A DNA stretch of 40,615 nucleotides from an uncultured Candidatus Saccharibacteria bacterium (GCA_964606295.1 CAZSFR010000003.1:1-40615); one strand, 5' to 3'; shown: positions 10,101 to 19,912, numbered from the stretch's first letter. The notes: a model not told the origin generated them from the sequence alone. Made by a program: numbers and translations.

Positions 10101-10746
10101 AGTAACAGACATCCGTGATAACGGGAAGGAAAAAGAAATTACAGTTCTCGGTGATACGAAAATAGATGGAAAGGCGAATGAGGTTGTTTATACGCTCAAT
10201 CCTCGTAGAAATCCTCTCATAAAAATTGGATCAAAAATCGAGAAAGGGAATGTTATTTCTGATGGATCAGCGGATATTGTAGAAATATTGAAGAACGGTA
10301 CTCGTGAAAATGCGGAAGATTATATTATTGCGGAAATCAACAAAGTCTATGAGCTCCAAGGTGCATCGATTGCCCGCAAGCACATTGAAATCATTATCCG
10401 ACAAATGTTTGCGCGTAAGCGAATCAAGGATGCTGGTGATACAGACTTCAGTCCAGGAGAGATTGTTGAGTATGTCGAATTGATTGAAGAAAATGACAGG
10501 ATTACGAAGGATGGAGGTGAAGAGGCAAAAGCAGAAACGATTATTCTTGGAATTTCAGAAGTGTCTATCACGACAAAGAGCTGGCTTTCTGCTGCATCAT
10601 TCCAAAACACAAACCGTGTTCTCATCACTAATGCAATTCGCGGTGGTATTGACCGTCTACGTGGTCTCAAGGAAAACGTTATCATCGGCCGGTTGATTCC
10701 AGCTGGAACAGGCTTTCAAGAAAAGGAAAAGAAAGAAAGCAAGTAA
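7144..10746 (+). CDS. rpoC: DNA-directed RNA polymerase subunit beta'
   Basis: [20 protein letters not shown] zinc finger, [15 protein letters not shown], catalytic [36 protein letters not shown]. Confidence 0.99.
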   Translation: MKTLNIGNFNEIHLRLASPDQIREWSFGEVTKPETINYRTGRSERFGLFDERIFGPEKDYECYCGKYKRIRYAGIVCEKCGVEVTRSIVRRDRMGHIELASPVAHVWFLRSVPSRMSILLGIAQGELEKVVYFAGYIVTKLNEDEKSTIEKNLENEYKTKAKSMQNEDDKEKLKTLFVNAKKELAELVPGKVMNEITYHHMSKRYGTCFEATIGAEAVYNIFKSLDLPKLRIELEASIEKAGKMDKEKIRRRLALVRSMTHANIRPEWMFLTALPVVPPALRPMVAIDGGRHATSDLNDLYRRVINRNNRLKKLKEIGAPDVILRNEKRILQEACDALIDNSMGSDSDAQAMAKSQRRALKSLSDNLKSKQGLFRQNLLGKRVDYSGRSVIVVGPQLRLSQCGLPKHMALELFRPFVISKILERELAYNIRGANRLIDDQIPEVWAILEEVIEGKYVLLNRAPTLHRLGIQAFMPILIEGNAIQLHPLVCTAFNADFDGDQMAVYVPLSTEAQEEARTLMAATQNLLKPANGDPIINPQRDMVLGTYWMTKTVEGEKGEGSVYPSPNHAILAYDFGAIELRAIVKVLPTDKEKYNAFNGELFETTVGRLLFNTILPDDFPYLNEEITAKRVSKIVDECIAHYGIERTPAVIDKIKNFGFKYATKSGTTWSIDNVVIPEKKDEIVERARNREKEIIGHWHEGLLSHDEKYQKVIEIWEGVKLEIEKEISTNLDRTSSTFDLVFSGARGTMSSLLQMSGMKGLIQNTTGRIIDYPIVQSYIQGLSPIQYFITTHGSRKGLADTALNTAKAGYLTRRLVDVAQDVVITEKDCGTTEGKMMHKDIVSGIIIPLSKNIRGRVLMTPVKDASGTVLFKKGHLTTKEEADTIDAMGVTEVFVRTPLTCKTKYGICQMCYGLDLGRDSLVKLGEAVGIIAAQAIGEPGTQLTLRTFHAGGVAGIDITQGLPRVEEIFERRLPKNPATVATVSGEVTDIRDNGKEKEITVLGDTKIDGKANEVVYTLNPRRNPLIKIGSKIEKGNVISDGSADIVEILKNGTRENAEDYIIAEINKVYELQGASIARKHIEIIIRQMFARKRIKDAGDTDFSPGEIVEYVELIEENDRITKDGGEEAKAETIILGISEVSITTKSWLSAASFQNTNRVLITNAIRGGIDRLRGLKENVIIGRLIPAGTGFQEKEKKESK

Positions 10747-10781
10747 TAGTTCTTATCAGCTGAAGCTTGTGTCCTCTCATT

Positions 10782-12518
10782 ATGACTCAATCATCAGTAC
10801 AAACAATCAAAGAAAGACTCTCGATTACGGATGTAGTCTCAACATACATTAAGCTCGAAAAGTCGGGTGCGTATCTTCGCGGTAAGTGTCCATTTCACAA
10901 TGAAAAGACTCCATCGTTTTTTGTCTCTCCCTCACGGGGAACATATCACTGCTTTGGTTGCAATCGAGGCGGTGATATCTTCTCCTTTGTTGAAGAAATA
11001 GAAGCGAGTAGTTTTCGTGAAGCTCTTGTTTTGCTCGCGAACCGTGCAGGTGTGACATTGGAAAAGTTTTCTGGGAAGCAGGAAGAGACGCACGATGAAC
11101 TCTACGCAATTCACGAAGAAGCGACAATGTTTTTTGAGAAAAAGTTATCTCAACAGAAGGATGCTATGGAGTATCTGACTAGTCGAGGACTCACAAATGA
11201 GACGATTGTCAATTTTCGAGTTGGTTATGCTCTCCGCACGTGGGACGAACTTACAAAATACTTGCGAGGCAAAGGATTTTCTGAGAAAAAGCTCGTCGAG
11301 TCTGGTCTTGCGGTCAGTGGAAAGCACGGCGCAATCGATCGATTCCGTGGGCGGATTATGTTTCCCATTTGTGATGCAAACGGAAGAGTTGTGGGATTTT
11401 CTGGACGTGTCTTTGCGCCCGAGGGATTTGATATACCGTCTGATACAGCAAAGTATGTCAATTCGCCCGAAACACCTATTTATCACAAAGGTAGAATACT
11501 TTTCGGATACGATAAAGCAAAACGAGCAATGCTTCGAGAGAACAGATGTATCATTGTTGAAGGGCAATTTGATTTATTACTCGCTCATCAAGCAAAGAGC
11601 GAAGAGACAGTTGCTGTCTCTGGAACAGCGCTCACAGAAGACCATATCCGTCTCCTGAAACGATTTACAGATAATCTGTTTTTTTCATTTGACGCAGATC
11701 AGGCCGGCGTCAAAGCCTCTGGGCGAAGCTACGAGATTGCACTTGCTCTCGGGATGAATGTTGAAATGGTTGTTTTACCAAAAGGCAAAGATCCCGCAGA
11801 GTTAGTAAAAGAGAATCCGTCACTATGGCATGACGCGATTAGCAAGACAAAACACATTATTGATTTCTTGATTGAGGCAATATCCAGAAAAGAACTTTCG
11901 GAAAGAGATTTTCGAAATGAGATAGGGAAACAAGTTGTTCCGTACATTGCTTCGATCAAGAGTGCGATCGATCGTGCACATTTTGTAAAAAAAGTCGCCG
12001 ATACTCTCCTTTTGCCAGAACAGGTGATTGCCGATGAAGTGTTGCGCGCGAGAAGTACGATGACTGACGTTGTGAAAAGTGTAGAAAAAGAAGAGAAGAA
12101 GGACGCGATAACAAAAAAGGAAGCAATCAAACGCAAGCTCGTAGGATTCTTACTTCTCTCTGCATCAAAAGAAAGTAATCTCGACAAATCAAAGAAAATT
12201 ATTGCTCTTATCGAAGAGTTTGAAGGTAAGACATGGCTCGAAATGGAATCGAGCCTTGATGAAAAGGATAAGGAACAGTTGCTTTTTGAAGCTGAAATGT
12301 ATTATGCAGATCATGGTGGCGGAGTAAATGAAGTAGAAGAGCTTTTGGATAATCTCGAGTTGGAATACGAAGCAGAAATACTCGAAAATGCACTCAATCG
12401 CCTTCGGAGAGCAGAGAGTCTGGGAAATGAAGAAGAGGTAAGGGAAAGCATGCAACTCTGTCAGCTTCACTCGAAAAATATCGAAGCCATTAAAAGTCGT
12501 CACATAAATAAAATATGA
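10782..12518 (+). CDS. dnaG: DNA primase
   Basis: CHC2 finger [49 protein letters not shown] and FDADQAG; ATG 10782 preferred over TTG 10767. Confidence 0.97.
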   Translation: MTQSSVQTIKERLSITDVVSTYIKLEKSGAYLRGKCPFHNEKTPSFFVSPSRGTYHCFGCNRGGDIFSFVEEIEASSFREALVLLANRAGVTLEKFSGKQEETHDELYAIHEEATMFFEKKLSQQKDAMEYLTSRGLTNETIVNFRVGYALRTWDELTKYLRGKGFSEKKLVESGLAVSGKHGAIDRFRGRIMFPICDANGRVVGFSGRVFAPEGFDIPSDTAKYVNSPETPIYHKGRILFGYDKAKRAMLRENRCIIVEGQFDLLLAHQAKSEETVAVSGTALTEDHIRLLKRFTDNLFFSFDADQAGVKASGRSYEIALALGMNVEMVVLPKGKDPAELVKENPSLWHDAISKTKHIIDFLIEAISRKELSERDFRNEIGKQVVPYIASIKSAIDRAHFVKKVADTLLLPEQVIADEVLRARSTMTDVVKSVEKEEKKDAITKKEAIKRKLVGFLLLSASKESNLDKSKKIIALIEEFEGKTWLEMESSLDEKDKEQLLFEAEMYYADHGGGVNEVEELLDNLELEYEAEILENALNRLRRAESLGNEEEVRESMQLCQLHSKNIEAIKSRHINKI

Positions 12519-13789
12519 AAAAAAATAGCACATCAAAATCTAAAAGTAGCAAAAAGAAGCTTGTGAAAAAGCCTCAAAAGAAAACCGTTCGCAAGCCTGC
12601 TCCAAAACAAAAAGAAAAAGCCAAAAAAGTTGTAAAAAATAAGAAAGCATCAAACGTAAAAATAATAGTTAAAAAAGTTTTGCCAAAAAGCAAGGTTGCA
12701 AAGAAGAAAGAAAAGCCTGTCGACAAAGAAGCGAGAAAAAAAGCTCTTCTCGACAAGGGAAAGCAGAGAGGCTTCGTCACTTATGATGAGATTTTGAAGG
12801 CATTTCCAGCAATAGAGAGTGATGTAGTATTCCTTGAAGAAATATACGATGAATTCGCCGTGGCGCATATTGATGTCTTGGAAGGAGGAAATCTGCTCGA
12901 TATTGATGCGACAACAAAGGGCGACAAGCCAGAGTACCGAAGAGAGGGAACTCAATACGATTCAATTCAGATGTACCTCAAAGAAATCGGACAGTACCCA
13001 CTTCTTTCGGCGGCAGAAGAGCGCGGATTTGCGCAGAGAATTGCCGCAGGGGATTTCGAAGCAAAGAATCTTCTTGCGCGAGCAAACCTCCGCCTCGTTG
13101 TCTCCATCGCAAAGAAATATGTTGGACGCTCGTCTGACCTGACCCTACTCGACCTTATCCAAGAGGGGAACATAGGACTCTTTAAGGCTGTTGAAAAATT
13201 TGACTGGACAAAGGGATACAAATTTTCAACATATGCGACATGGTGGATTCGCCAATCAATCACCCGCTCGCTTGCTGACCAGTCCCGCACGATTCGTATT
13301 CCTGTTCACATGGTTGAAACCATTTCGAAATACAAACAAATAGTGCGACGTCTCTCACAAGATTTGGGACGTGAACCGTTGCCAGAAGAGATAGCGACCG
13401 AAATGGGTGTTGATATTGAAAAGATTTATACAATCGAAGAGATCAATCAGGAAACTGTCTCACTTGAAAAACCGATTGGCAACGACGGCGATGAGAAATC
13501 AACACGTGGAGAATTCATTGCAGATGACAAAATACTTCGTCCGGATCAGGAAGTCTCTCGGCGTATTTTGCAAGATCAGATCAAAGAAGTTCTCGATGAG
13601 CTCTCGCCAAAGGAACGCAAGATTCTCGAGATGCGCTACGGACTCACATCTGGCGTACAGCACACACTAGAAGAAGTGGGACAGGAATTTGGTGTGACTC
13701 GTGAACGTATCCGCCAGATTGAAGCGAAAGTACACGAAAAGCTTCGCGTCAACGAGCAAATTTTGCGTCTCAAGAATTACTTCGACTAA
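12515..13789 (+). CDS. rpoD: Primary sigma70 factor with Lys-rich N-terminal extension
   Basis: [59 protein letters not shown]; overlaps the dnaG stop (ATGA). Confidence 0.97.
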   Translation: MKKNSTSKSKSSKKKLVKKPQKKTVRKPAPKQKEKAKKVVKNKKASNVKIIVKKVLPKSKVAKKKEKPVDKEARKKALLDKGKQRGFVTYDEILKAFPAIESDVVFLEEIYDEFAVAHIDVLEGGNLLDIDATTKGDKPEYRREGTQYDSIQMYLKEIGQYPLLSAAEERGFAQRIAAGDFEAKNLLARANLRLVVSIAKKYVGRSSDLTLLDLIQEGNIGLFKAVEKFDWTKGYKFSTYATWWIRQSITRSLADQSRTIRIPVHMVETISKYKQIVRRLSQDLGREPLPEEIATEMGVDIEKIYTIEEINQETVSLEKPIGNDGDEKSTRGEFIADDKILRPDQEVSRRILQDQIKEVLDELSPKERKILEMRYGLTSGVQHTLEEVGQEFGVTRERIRQIEAKVHEKLRVNEQILRLKNYFD

Positions 13790-13959
13790 ATGGAAACAAG
13801 AAATTGTCAAAATTGCAAACAAGACTTTAGCATCACCCCCGATGATTTTTTGTTCTATAAAAAAATAAGTATTCCTGCTCCATTATTTTGCAGAGAATGC
13901 CGACAGATAAACCAAAAATGATGTATTGTGAAAGTTGCTACCAGAAAGAAATAGTTTAA
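13790..13959 (+). pseudogene. Internally deleted miniature of the Cys-rich gene family (5' and 3' ends only); may still encode a 43-aa zinc ribbon (13790..13921)
   Basis: Reads METRNCQNCKQDFSITPDDFLFYKKISIPAPLFCRECRQINQK*, and in a shifted frame from 13906 DKPKMMYCESCYQKEIV*; both match the termini of the paralogs at 1..3649. Confidence 0.85.
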
Positions 13960-13961
13960 TG

Positions 13962-13994
13962 ATAAAAAAGCCCACAACACGCGGGCTTTTTTAT
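13962..13994. terminator. Bidirectional intrinsic terminator
   Basis: ATAAAAAAGCCC-acaacacgc-GGGCTTTTTTAT perfect inverted repeat between convergent genes. Confidence 0.85.
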
Positions 13995-14005
13995 TTATCC
14001 TCTAT

Positions 14006-14460
14006 TTATTTCAAGACTGAGATTAAGTTTTTCGGATCAGTCAAAACCGGCGCCATATTCATATCTTGGCCGAGGTCATAACGCATTGCCAATTCGTAGG
14101 TAAGCCGCAAAACCGAATAGTCTTCAAGCCCTATACCAACGGAATCGTAAAGAATAATATCACTTTCACTAGCACGTCCTTTTTTTGCGCCAATAATGAG
14201 CTCGTGAAGTTCGGCATATACTTTGCTTCGAGCAATCTCTTTTGGATATCGCTGGATTTCTCCTTCGATGACGCACTGATCAAAATATTCCACAACTATG
14301 CGGGAACGATCAAGGAGAGAGAATTCCAGTTCCGTTTTGCCGATAGTGACTCCGCCAAGACCGTTTATATGCACTCCTTGTTTTACCCATCCGTCTTTCA
14401 CCACGTCTACATGGGCTTTACGTGCTGTACAAGTGGTAATAATGTCAACGTTCTGTAAAT
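14006..14460 (-). pseudogene. C-terminal fragment of an ornithine cyclodeaminase/mu-crystallin family gene
   Basis: DIITTCTA, GVHINGLGG..GKTEL, EGEIQ, YDSVGIGLEDYSVL; N-terminal half absent and the ORF start lies inside the DsbA terminator. Confidence 0.75.
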
Positions 14461-14486
14461 CTACAAACGATAAAAATAACGAAATC

Positions 14487-14520
14487 AAAAAGCCATCCCA
14501 CAATTACGGGACGGCCTTTT
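14487..14520 (-). terminator. Intrinsic terminator after the DsbA gene
   Basis: Minus strand GCCGTCCCG-taat-TGTGGGATGGC-TTTTT. Confidence 0.7.
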
Positions 14521-14530
14521 ATTTTGATAT

Positions 14531-15229
14531 TTATTTACCTAATAGTTTGTCGATTTTCGCTTTGACGTCAGCGTAATCCGCAGCTCCCTTGATGAATTCT
14601 TGCTCACCTGCTTCGTTGACGAGTATAGAGTTTGGCGTACCTTCTGTTCCGAGAGCAATACCACTTTCGATATCAGCTTGTACGGCAGATTTAACCTCTG
14701 CACTCGCCATGCAGTTTGTGAAATCATCCGCAGACATACCTAGTTTGATTGCCTCGTCGTCTAATTGGTCAACACCTACTTTCTTTGTAATAAGTGTGTC
14801 CAGGTAATTCCAGAATGCATCATTGCCAAGTGACTGTGCAACACATTCTGTTGCCATTGCTTTTGTGAATGCGTCTGGGTGGAGTCCTTCCAGAGGGAAA
14901 TGTCTATAAATCCAAGCAACCTGTCCTTCGTATTCCTTCACTGCTTGTTGTAATACGGGATGGAAGCGTATGCAAAAAGGACAATCAATATCTGAGTATT
15001 CGACGATGACTACTTTTGGTTTTGAAGAACCAGATACATGCTCACCGGGATCTTTGAGATTGAAAGTAAGTGTTGCCGGCGCGCTTTCTGTGTTTGCAGT
15101 GTCGGCTTTGTCGGCCCCAGTTTTCACTGCAAAGTTGCCCTTCGGTGAATTCGTAATGAAGATAGCGATTGCTATCACAAGACCCGCAACTATTATTGCA
15201 GGACCTGGGGGAATTGTTTTTGTATTCAT
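14531..15229 (-). CDS. Membrane-anchored DsbA/BdbD-family thiol-disulfide oxidoreductase
   Basis: N-terminal TM helix, EYSDIDCPFC active site, YRHFPL, GTP cis-Pro loop; start reassigned to ATG 15229 (MNTKT). Confidence 0.9.
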   Translation of the reverse strand: MNTKTIPPGPAIIVAGLVIAIAIFITNSPKGNFAVKTGADKADTANTESAPATLTFNLKDPGEHVSGSSKPKVVIVEYSDIDCPFCIRFHPVLQQAVKEYEGQVAWIYRHFPLEGLHPDAFTKAMATECVAQSLGNDAFWNYLDTLITKKVGVDQLDDEAIKLGMSADDFTNCMASAEVKSAVQADIESGIALGTEGTPNSILVNEAGEQEFIKGAADYADVKAKIDKLLGK

Positions 15230-15272
15230 AGTATGAGAAGTATACCCTTTTTCATATAAGAACAAAAGAGGG

Positions 15273-15301
15273 TTGAAAAATAAGCCTAGAAATGCTATAA
15301 T
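15273..15301 (+). promoter_or_regulatory. sigma70 promoter for the GT2 operon
   Basis: TTGAAA-17 nt (ending TGC)-TATAAT, 12 nt before the ATG. Confidence 0.65.
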
Positions 15302-15313
15302 GCATAGACATTT

Positions 15314-16570
15314 ATGGGCGCACTTCAAGATACAATATTTTACGTACTGTCGTTTTTGTCCTTATATCTTCAAGTCTTTTTGCTGATTACATTTTTAGAC
15401 AGAAAGGAAGATATCTTGATTAGACGAAAACCAATCAAACTCAAACATTATCCGAGTGTGACTATTATTGTGCCTTGTTACAACGAGCAGGGGACTATTA
15501 GAAAAACGGTTCGGTCACTTCTCAATCTTGATTATCCAATGGATAAATTGGATATTGTACTTGTGGACGACGGAAGTACAGATGGGACATTCACCGTTTT
15601 GAAATCATTTAGCGATATTAAAAATATTAGAGTGATTCAAAAAGAAAATGGAGGAAAACATACAGCAATAAACTTGGGGCTTGAGCTCACAAAGACAGAA
15701 CTAGTCGGCGGATTGGATTCTGACTCTTTTGTTCACAAGGAAGCATTGAAGCGGATTGTGAGTTATTTCACAGATAAAGAGACAATGGCTGTCTGCCCGT
15801 CCATCATCGTTCATGAGCCAAAAAACTTTTTACAAAAGGCACAAAAAGCTGAGTATGACATGTCGATTTATACCAAAAAGATGCTCGCATTCCTCGGTGG
15901 TATCCATGTCACTCCGGGACCGTTTTCAATTTTTAGAAAGAGCGTTTTTGACACACTTGGTCCGTACACGAAAGCGCACAACACTGAGGATCAAGAAATA
16001 GCTCTCCGGATGCATTACGCTGGATATAAAATCGAGCATTGCCCGGATGCATATGTCTACACCATCACACCGAATACTCTACCGAAACTCTATCGTCAGC
16101 GTCTGCGATGGCTCTATGGTTTCATTAGAAATGCAGTCGATTATCGCAAACTTTGGCTCCGGCCAAAATATGGAACTGTCGGTATACTGACATTGCCGTT
16201 TGGCATGGTGTCTCTCTGGTCTTTGCTTTTTCTCTTTACCTTCTTGCTTATTCAGATCATAGATTTTGTGAAGTCCAAAATCCTAAAAGTGCAGGCAGTA
16301 GGATGGGAACAAGGGGCAGGTGTCGGATTTGAATGGTTTTATATGAAAACAGGAGCAACCATCTTCATTTTGATTGCCATTTACTCACTCGTGACGTTTG
16401 GGCTTCTGATAGGAAGGAGAATGTCAGGGGAGAGGATGAGGCTCAAGGCTTCAGATATTTATTTCGTTTTAGTATATCGACTTTTTGCACCGCTTTGGAT
16501 TATGAAGGCTATGTGGAATTCAGTGTGGTCGAAAGAGTCGAGTTGGACCAACGAAAGAAAAGTAAAATAA
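15314..16570 (+). CDS. Membrane-bound processive-type family 2 glycosyltransferase (PgaC/IcaA/cellulose-synthase-like)
   Basis: IIVPCYNE, VDDGSTD, NGGK, DSD, TED and QRLRW (QxxRW) motifs; N- and C-terminal TM helices. Confidence 0.92.
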   Translation: MGALQDTIFYVLSFLSLYLQVFLLITFLDRKEDILIRRKPIKLKHYPSVTIIVPCYNEQGTIRKTVRSLLNLDYPMDKLDIVLVDDGSTDGTFTVLKSFSDIKNIRVIQKENGGKHTAINLGLELTKTELVGGLDSDSFVHKEALKRIVSYFTDKETMAVCPSIIVHEPKNFLQKAQKAEYDMSIYTKKMLAFLGGIHVTPGPFSIFRKSVFDTLGPYTKAHNTEDQEIALRMHYAGYKIEHCPDAYVYTITPNTLPKLYRQRLRWLYGFIRNAVDYRKLWLRPKYGTVGILTLPFGMVSLWSLLFLFTFLLIQIIDFVKSKILKVQAVGWEQGAGVGFEWFYMKTGATIFILIAIYSLVTFGLLIGRRMSGERMRLKASDIYFVLVYRLFAPLWIMKAMWNSVWSKESSWTNERKVK

Positions 16571-16571
16571 T

Positions 16572-17294
16572 ATGCAAGGCGCTACAGGAAAAAGATACAT
16601 ATTTGTTTTTATTATCACACTTGCGATATTTGTTTTTGCTATATGGTTGTCAGAGAATATATCAAATCGTAAAATACAACAGCTCAATAGTATTCAAGAA
16701 TCAATCGCCATAAATATCCTATCTTCAGAAACTCAGTTCGCACTTTTGAGCGAGCTGTCATGCAAAGATGTTTCTGCGTCGACACTTTCCGGCGAGCTCA
16801 ATACATTATCAGAGAAAATTGATTTCAGTGAAAAGAATCTTGGCAACGAGGCTGAGATTATACAGCTCAAAAAATACTATTCACTTCTCGAAATCAAAGA
16901 TTACCTTTTGATGCAAAAGATTACAGAGAGATGCGATCAAAAGCTCTTTTCTATACTTTATTTCTATACAACTGCGACAAACTGCAGCGAATGCGTTAAG
17001 CAGAGTTTTGTCCTGACGTCACTGCGGGAAAAGTATCCTGAATTGCGCGTGTATTCATTTGATTACAATCTCGACCTGAGCGCCCTTGACGCGCTTGTAG
17101 CGATATTCAAGATCGAAGACACCAAGCTTCCAGCACTTATCATTGGCGACACAAAAACAACAGGTTTTCGCTCTATAGAAGAGATAGAAGAGATGCTTCC
17201 TGAGCTCGTGAAGATTCGTGAGGAGAGAGAAGCGGCTGCTCTGGAAGCAGAAACAGCAGACTCAGCGACTACTGCTAAATTAATTGGAGAATAA
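16572..17294 (+). CDS. Hypothetical membrane-anchored protein with C-terminal thioredoxin-like CxxC region
   Basis: 240 aa, N-terminal TM, coiled region, LYFY..NCSEC, later LPALII; starts 1 nt after the GT2 stop. Confidence 0.7.
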   Translation: MQGATGKRYIFVFIITLAIFVFAIWLSENISNRKIQQLNSIQESIAINILSSETQFALLSELSCKDVSASTLSGELNTLSEKIDFSEKNLGNEAEIIQLKKYYSLLEIKDYLLMQKITERCDQKLFSILYFYTTATNCSECVKQSFVLTSLREKYPELRVYSFDYNLDLSALDALVAIFKIEDTKLPALIIGDTKTTGFRSIEEIEEMLPELVKIREEREAAALEAETADSATTAKLIGE

Positions 17295-17318
17295 AAAATC
17301 AGTACTTTCGTACTGATT
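17293..17318 (-). terminator. Intrinsic terminator between convergent genes
   Basis: AATCAGTAC-tttc-GTACTGATT; GAAA loop and U-tract on the minus strand. Confidence 0.65.
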
Positions 17319-17322
17319 AAAA

Positions 17323-17787
17323 TTATTTTATCTTGTCGTAGACCCAGATGAGTGTCAAAAGACACCATGTCACCCAACTGGCTATTTCGCTTTTTCTTAA
17401 TGCTTTACTACTCTCCTCCTTCTTATTTTCACTAATAATATGAAGACGAGTATAATTGGCAATATGCCCAAGAGCTATAAAAACAATACTGAACCCATCA
17501 CCTCCCACAGTAAGAATGGTATATATTAGGAACAGCTGAGGTGTTACTCGTAGAAGTATGCTTTGGATACCGCGGGCGAAAGGGGAATCAAATCTCAATT
17601 TTTTTCTTGCAATGTGTATTGCACCAACAGATGTTCCAATCAGAGTAATTACTGACAAAATACTATCAGCCCTAGTCCATAACGTATCTGCATTTTGCAG
17701 GAAGGTAACAATCAAAAAAACAATGACGATTGCCCATGCGCTATAGATAGCGAGCATTTGGCTGGTGCCGTTGTATGATCTTCTCAC
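17323..17787 (-). CDS. Hypothetical multi-pass membrane protein, possibly 5'-truncated
   Basis: 154-aa ORF with about five hydrophobic segments; weak GTG start abutting an opposite-strand fragment. Confidence 0.55.
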   Translation of the reverse strand: MRRSYNGTSQMLAIYSAWAIVIVFLIVTFLQNADTLWTRADSILSVITLIGTSVGAIHIARKKLRFDSPFARGIQSILLRVTPQLFLIYTILTVGGDGFSIVFIALGHIANYTRLHIISENKKEESSKALRKSEIASWVTWCLLTLIWVYDKIK

Positions 17788-17881
17788 AAAAGCAGCTCAT
17801 CACAAATGGGCACTTGAAGTCGAAAAGCGTTTAGCGGGTTATGTCAAAAAAAATCTGATCATTGATCAGAAAAATAAATAG
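17777..17881 (+). pseudogene. Possible orphan 3' end of a lost gene
   Basis: Protein-like frame DLLTKAAHHKWALEVEKRLAGYVKKNLIIDQKNK* ending just before a terminator; no convincing start. Confidence 0.3.
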
Positions 17882-17892
17882 ACTATTCAAAC

Positions 17893-17927
17893 AAAAAAGC
17901 TCGGACATTATGTTCCGAGCCCTTTTT
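17893..17927. terminator. Intrinsic terminator, probably bidirectional
   Basis: AAAAAA-GCTCGGA..TCCGAGC-CCTTTTT. Confidence 0.65.
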
Positions 17928-18088
17928 ATTTCAATAAGTAGTTTGTGATAGTCTCTGACCCAAGAGTGCTGGTATGAAAAATCTTTTAAGACTTATGTTT
18001 GTAATATTTTCCAGCATAATACGGCTACTTTACTGTAGGTACGAACTGAGTTTCGATTTTTGTACATCTCGTGGGAAAAAATTTACAT

Positions 18089-18739
18089 ATGAAAAACTCC
18101 AAAAACAATAATCAAAAAAAGGGGACGTCAGATGATACAAATTTGGCTGAGAAAACCTGGAAAACAGGATGGACTTATATAAGGACGGTAGTAGACACAG
18201 CCAATGAACCATTTTTGCTACTAGATGAGGAGCTTCATGTCATTGCTGCAAATTATGCATTTTATACATTATTTGAAGTTCGAGCAGGGGACACAGAGAA
18301 TAGATTACTGCAAGATCTTGGTCAGGGTGAGTGGAATATTCCTACTTTGCAGAAACTTTTGAAAGACATTTTGCTTCACGATACGTTTTTTCGAGGTTTC
18401 GAGATGTCACGAGATTTTCCTGCGATTGGTAAGAAAGTGATGCTTTTGAACGCGAGACGGGTACACTTGAGTAATAACAATGCTACACAATCACACAAAT
18501 CAATTATCTTGCTTGTCATTGAGGATATAACAGAGATGTCCAGCATAGCAGAAAAGTTGTCAAGAAAAACAAAAAAATATGAAAATAACATGATTGAGAG
18601 GGCTGAAGAGTTGGATGTACAGATTGCCGAATTATCGCACCTGAACAAATCTGTTACTGAATTTAAGCCTGCAATAGCTGAGCTTGCGTCTGTTGTTGAT
18701 GGTCTTAGGATTGGTATTGAACAGCTTGGTAAAAGATAA
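18089..18739 (+). CDS. Stand-alone PAS-domain protein with C-terminal coiled coil
   Basis: VVDTANEPFLLLDEELHVIAAN..F..GEWNIP.L..LL..KKVMLLNARR..ILLVIEDIT resembles the PAS domain of CheB/CheR fusion proteins; ATG 18089 preferred. Confidence 0.8.
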   Translation: MKNSKNNNQKKGTSDDTNLAEKTWKTGWTYIRTVVDTANEPFLLLDEELHVIAANYAFYTLFEVRAGDTENRLLQDLGQGEWNIPTLQKLLKDILLHDTFFRGFEMSRDFPAIGKKVMLLNARRVHLSNNNATQSHKSIILLVIEDITEMSSIAEKLSRKTKKYENNMIERAEELDVQIAELSHLNKSVTEFKPAIAELASVVDGLRIGIEQLGKR

Positions 18740-18777
18740 AACACAGAAAATCATGCTAGGAAGGAGAATTGTCTTAT

Positions 18778-19311
18778 CTAGATTACTGGTTGCAAAGTTG
18801 CACTCCCGGGAGTGTTTAGGTAGTATAAGACTGCAAGCTTTTCCATACCACGGTGGATTTGGACAGCGACAGTATTTTTTAGTTGGTTTGTAGCGCGAGC
18901 TATTTCCTGGAGTGACATATCATCGACATAATGCATAGAGATAACAGCACGATACTTTTCTGTTAGTAGAGGAATTAGCAGGATTGCATTTTTTCCATCC
19001 ATAATATTAAAAAGGCGGTCAGAATCATCAATAGCAATTTGAAATCCCTTTTCGGTGAGTGCGTCGAGAGAAACGGATTTGTTTTTGCGATACTCGTCAA
19101 TGATGAGATTGTTCAATACGTGAAAAAGGAATGCCTTCATCAAATCAATCTTTCCAAATTTGGTCAGATACTCCCATGTTTTCAAAAATGTAATCTGCAC
19201 CAAGTCTTCAGCAAGTTCCTTATTGCTTATCTTAAAAAACGAACGCTTTAAAAGCAATTTTTCGTAATCTCTATATGCGTCAACCAATGTTTCTTCTTTA
19301 GTGATTTTCAT
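18778..19311 (-). CDS. ECF-type RNA polymerase sigma factor
   Basis: 177 aa; AEDLVQITFLKTW, LFHVLNNLIIDEYRK (region 2), MSLQEIA..TVAVQIHRG (region 4). Confidence 0.9.
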   Translation of the reverse strand: MKITKEETLVDAYRDYEKLLLKRSFFKISNKELAEDLVQITFLKTWEYLTKFGKIDLMKAFLFHVLNNLIIDEYRKNKSVSLDALTEKGFQIAIDDSDRLFNIMDGKNAILLIPLLTEKYRAVISMHYVDDMSLQEIARATNQLKNTVAVQIHRGMEKLAVLYYLNTPGSATLQPVI

Positions 19312-19353
19312 AAATTTTATACAATATTTTACGTTTTAGGATCTTATTAGAAC

Positions 19354-19901
19354 TTATTGTGCGACCTTTATTTTCTTAATTTGCGAAACTATATCTTCAA
19401 GTTCTTTTGAACCCTTTTCTATGTGATCTTTCATGACACCTTCCAAACGCTTTTTTAGAGCCACATATATATCTTTATCAAGTGTTCGTATTTTCGCGTC
19501 TTCCTTATATAAAATATCGTGCTCAACCTCGGCCCAAGCATGATTCAATAGTAACGTAAGTTGTATTTCACATTTGAATCTCTAAACCGTATATACTTGG
19601 AAAGGCGTAGTCTGTTTTGGACAAACGAGACAATGGCATGCATGACGCGATATCCGGATACTCTGAAGGCTTTTTCCAATTTCAGTTTTTTACCAAATTC
19701 ATTTTTCAACCCTCTGATCATTTCATGCCTGTCGCTTTCAGAATAGAAAATCACTCGTATGCCTGCGATGTCCTCTATCTCACCAAGTTCTGAATAGATT
19801 TTTCCCTTTCTTCTTTATCTTTCAACCTTCTCTTCCAAACTTCGTATCTCTTTCACTCTGTACCTCGTATTGGTCAATGATTCTTTGGGTGTTTTTTTCA
19901 T
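19354..19901 (-). pseudogene. RelA/SpoT-domain small alarmone synthetase pseudogene
   Basis: RVKEIRSLEEKVER*, DIAGIRVI, SGYR..H, then after a frameshift near 19580 CEIQLT..HAWAEVEHDILYK; in-frame TAA at 19815-19817. Confidence 0.85.
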
Positions 19902-19912
19902 TATGCGCAACT

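Noticed and set aside
13790-13959. Mini Cys-rich copy as a DGR template repeat for the genes at 1..3649
   Set aside because: Differences from the paralog ends include C/T and G/A changes, mostly at synonymous sites, not adenine-only mutagenesis; no reverse transcriptase in the window
15093-15133. 9-bp inverted repeat TTTGCAGTG/CACTGCAAA in the DsbA linker
   Set aside because: A few repeats of this size and spacing are expected by chance in 40 kb; no nested stems
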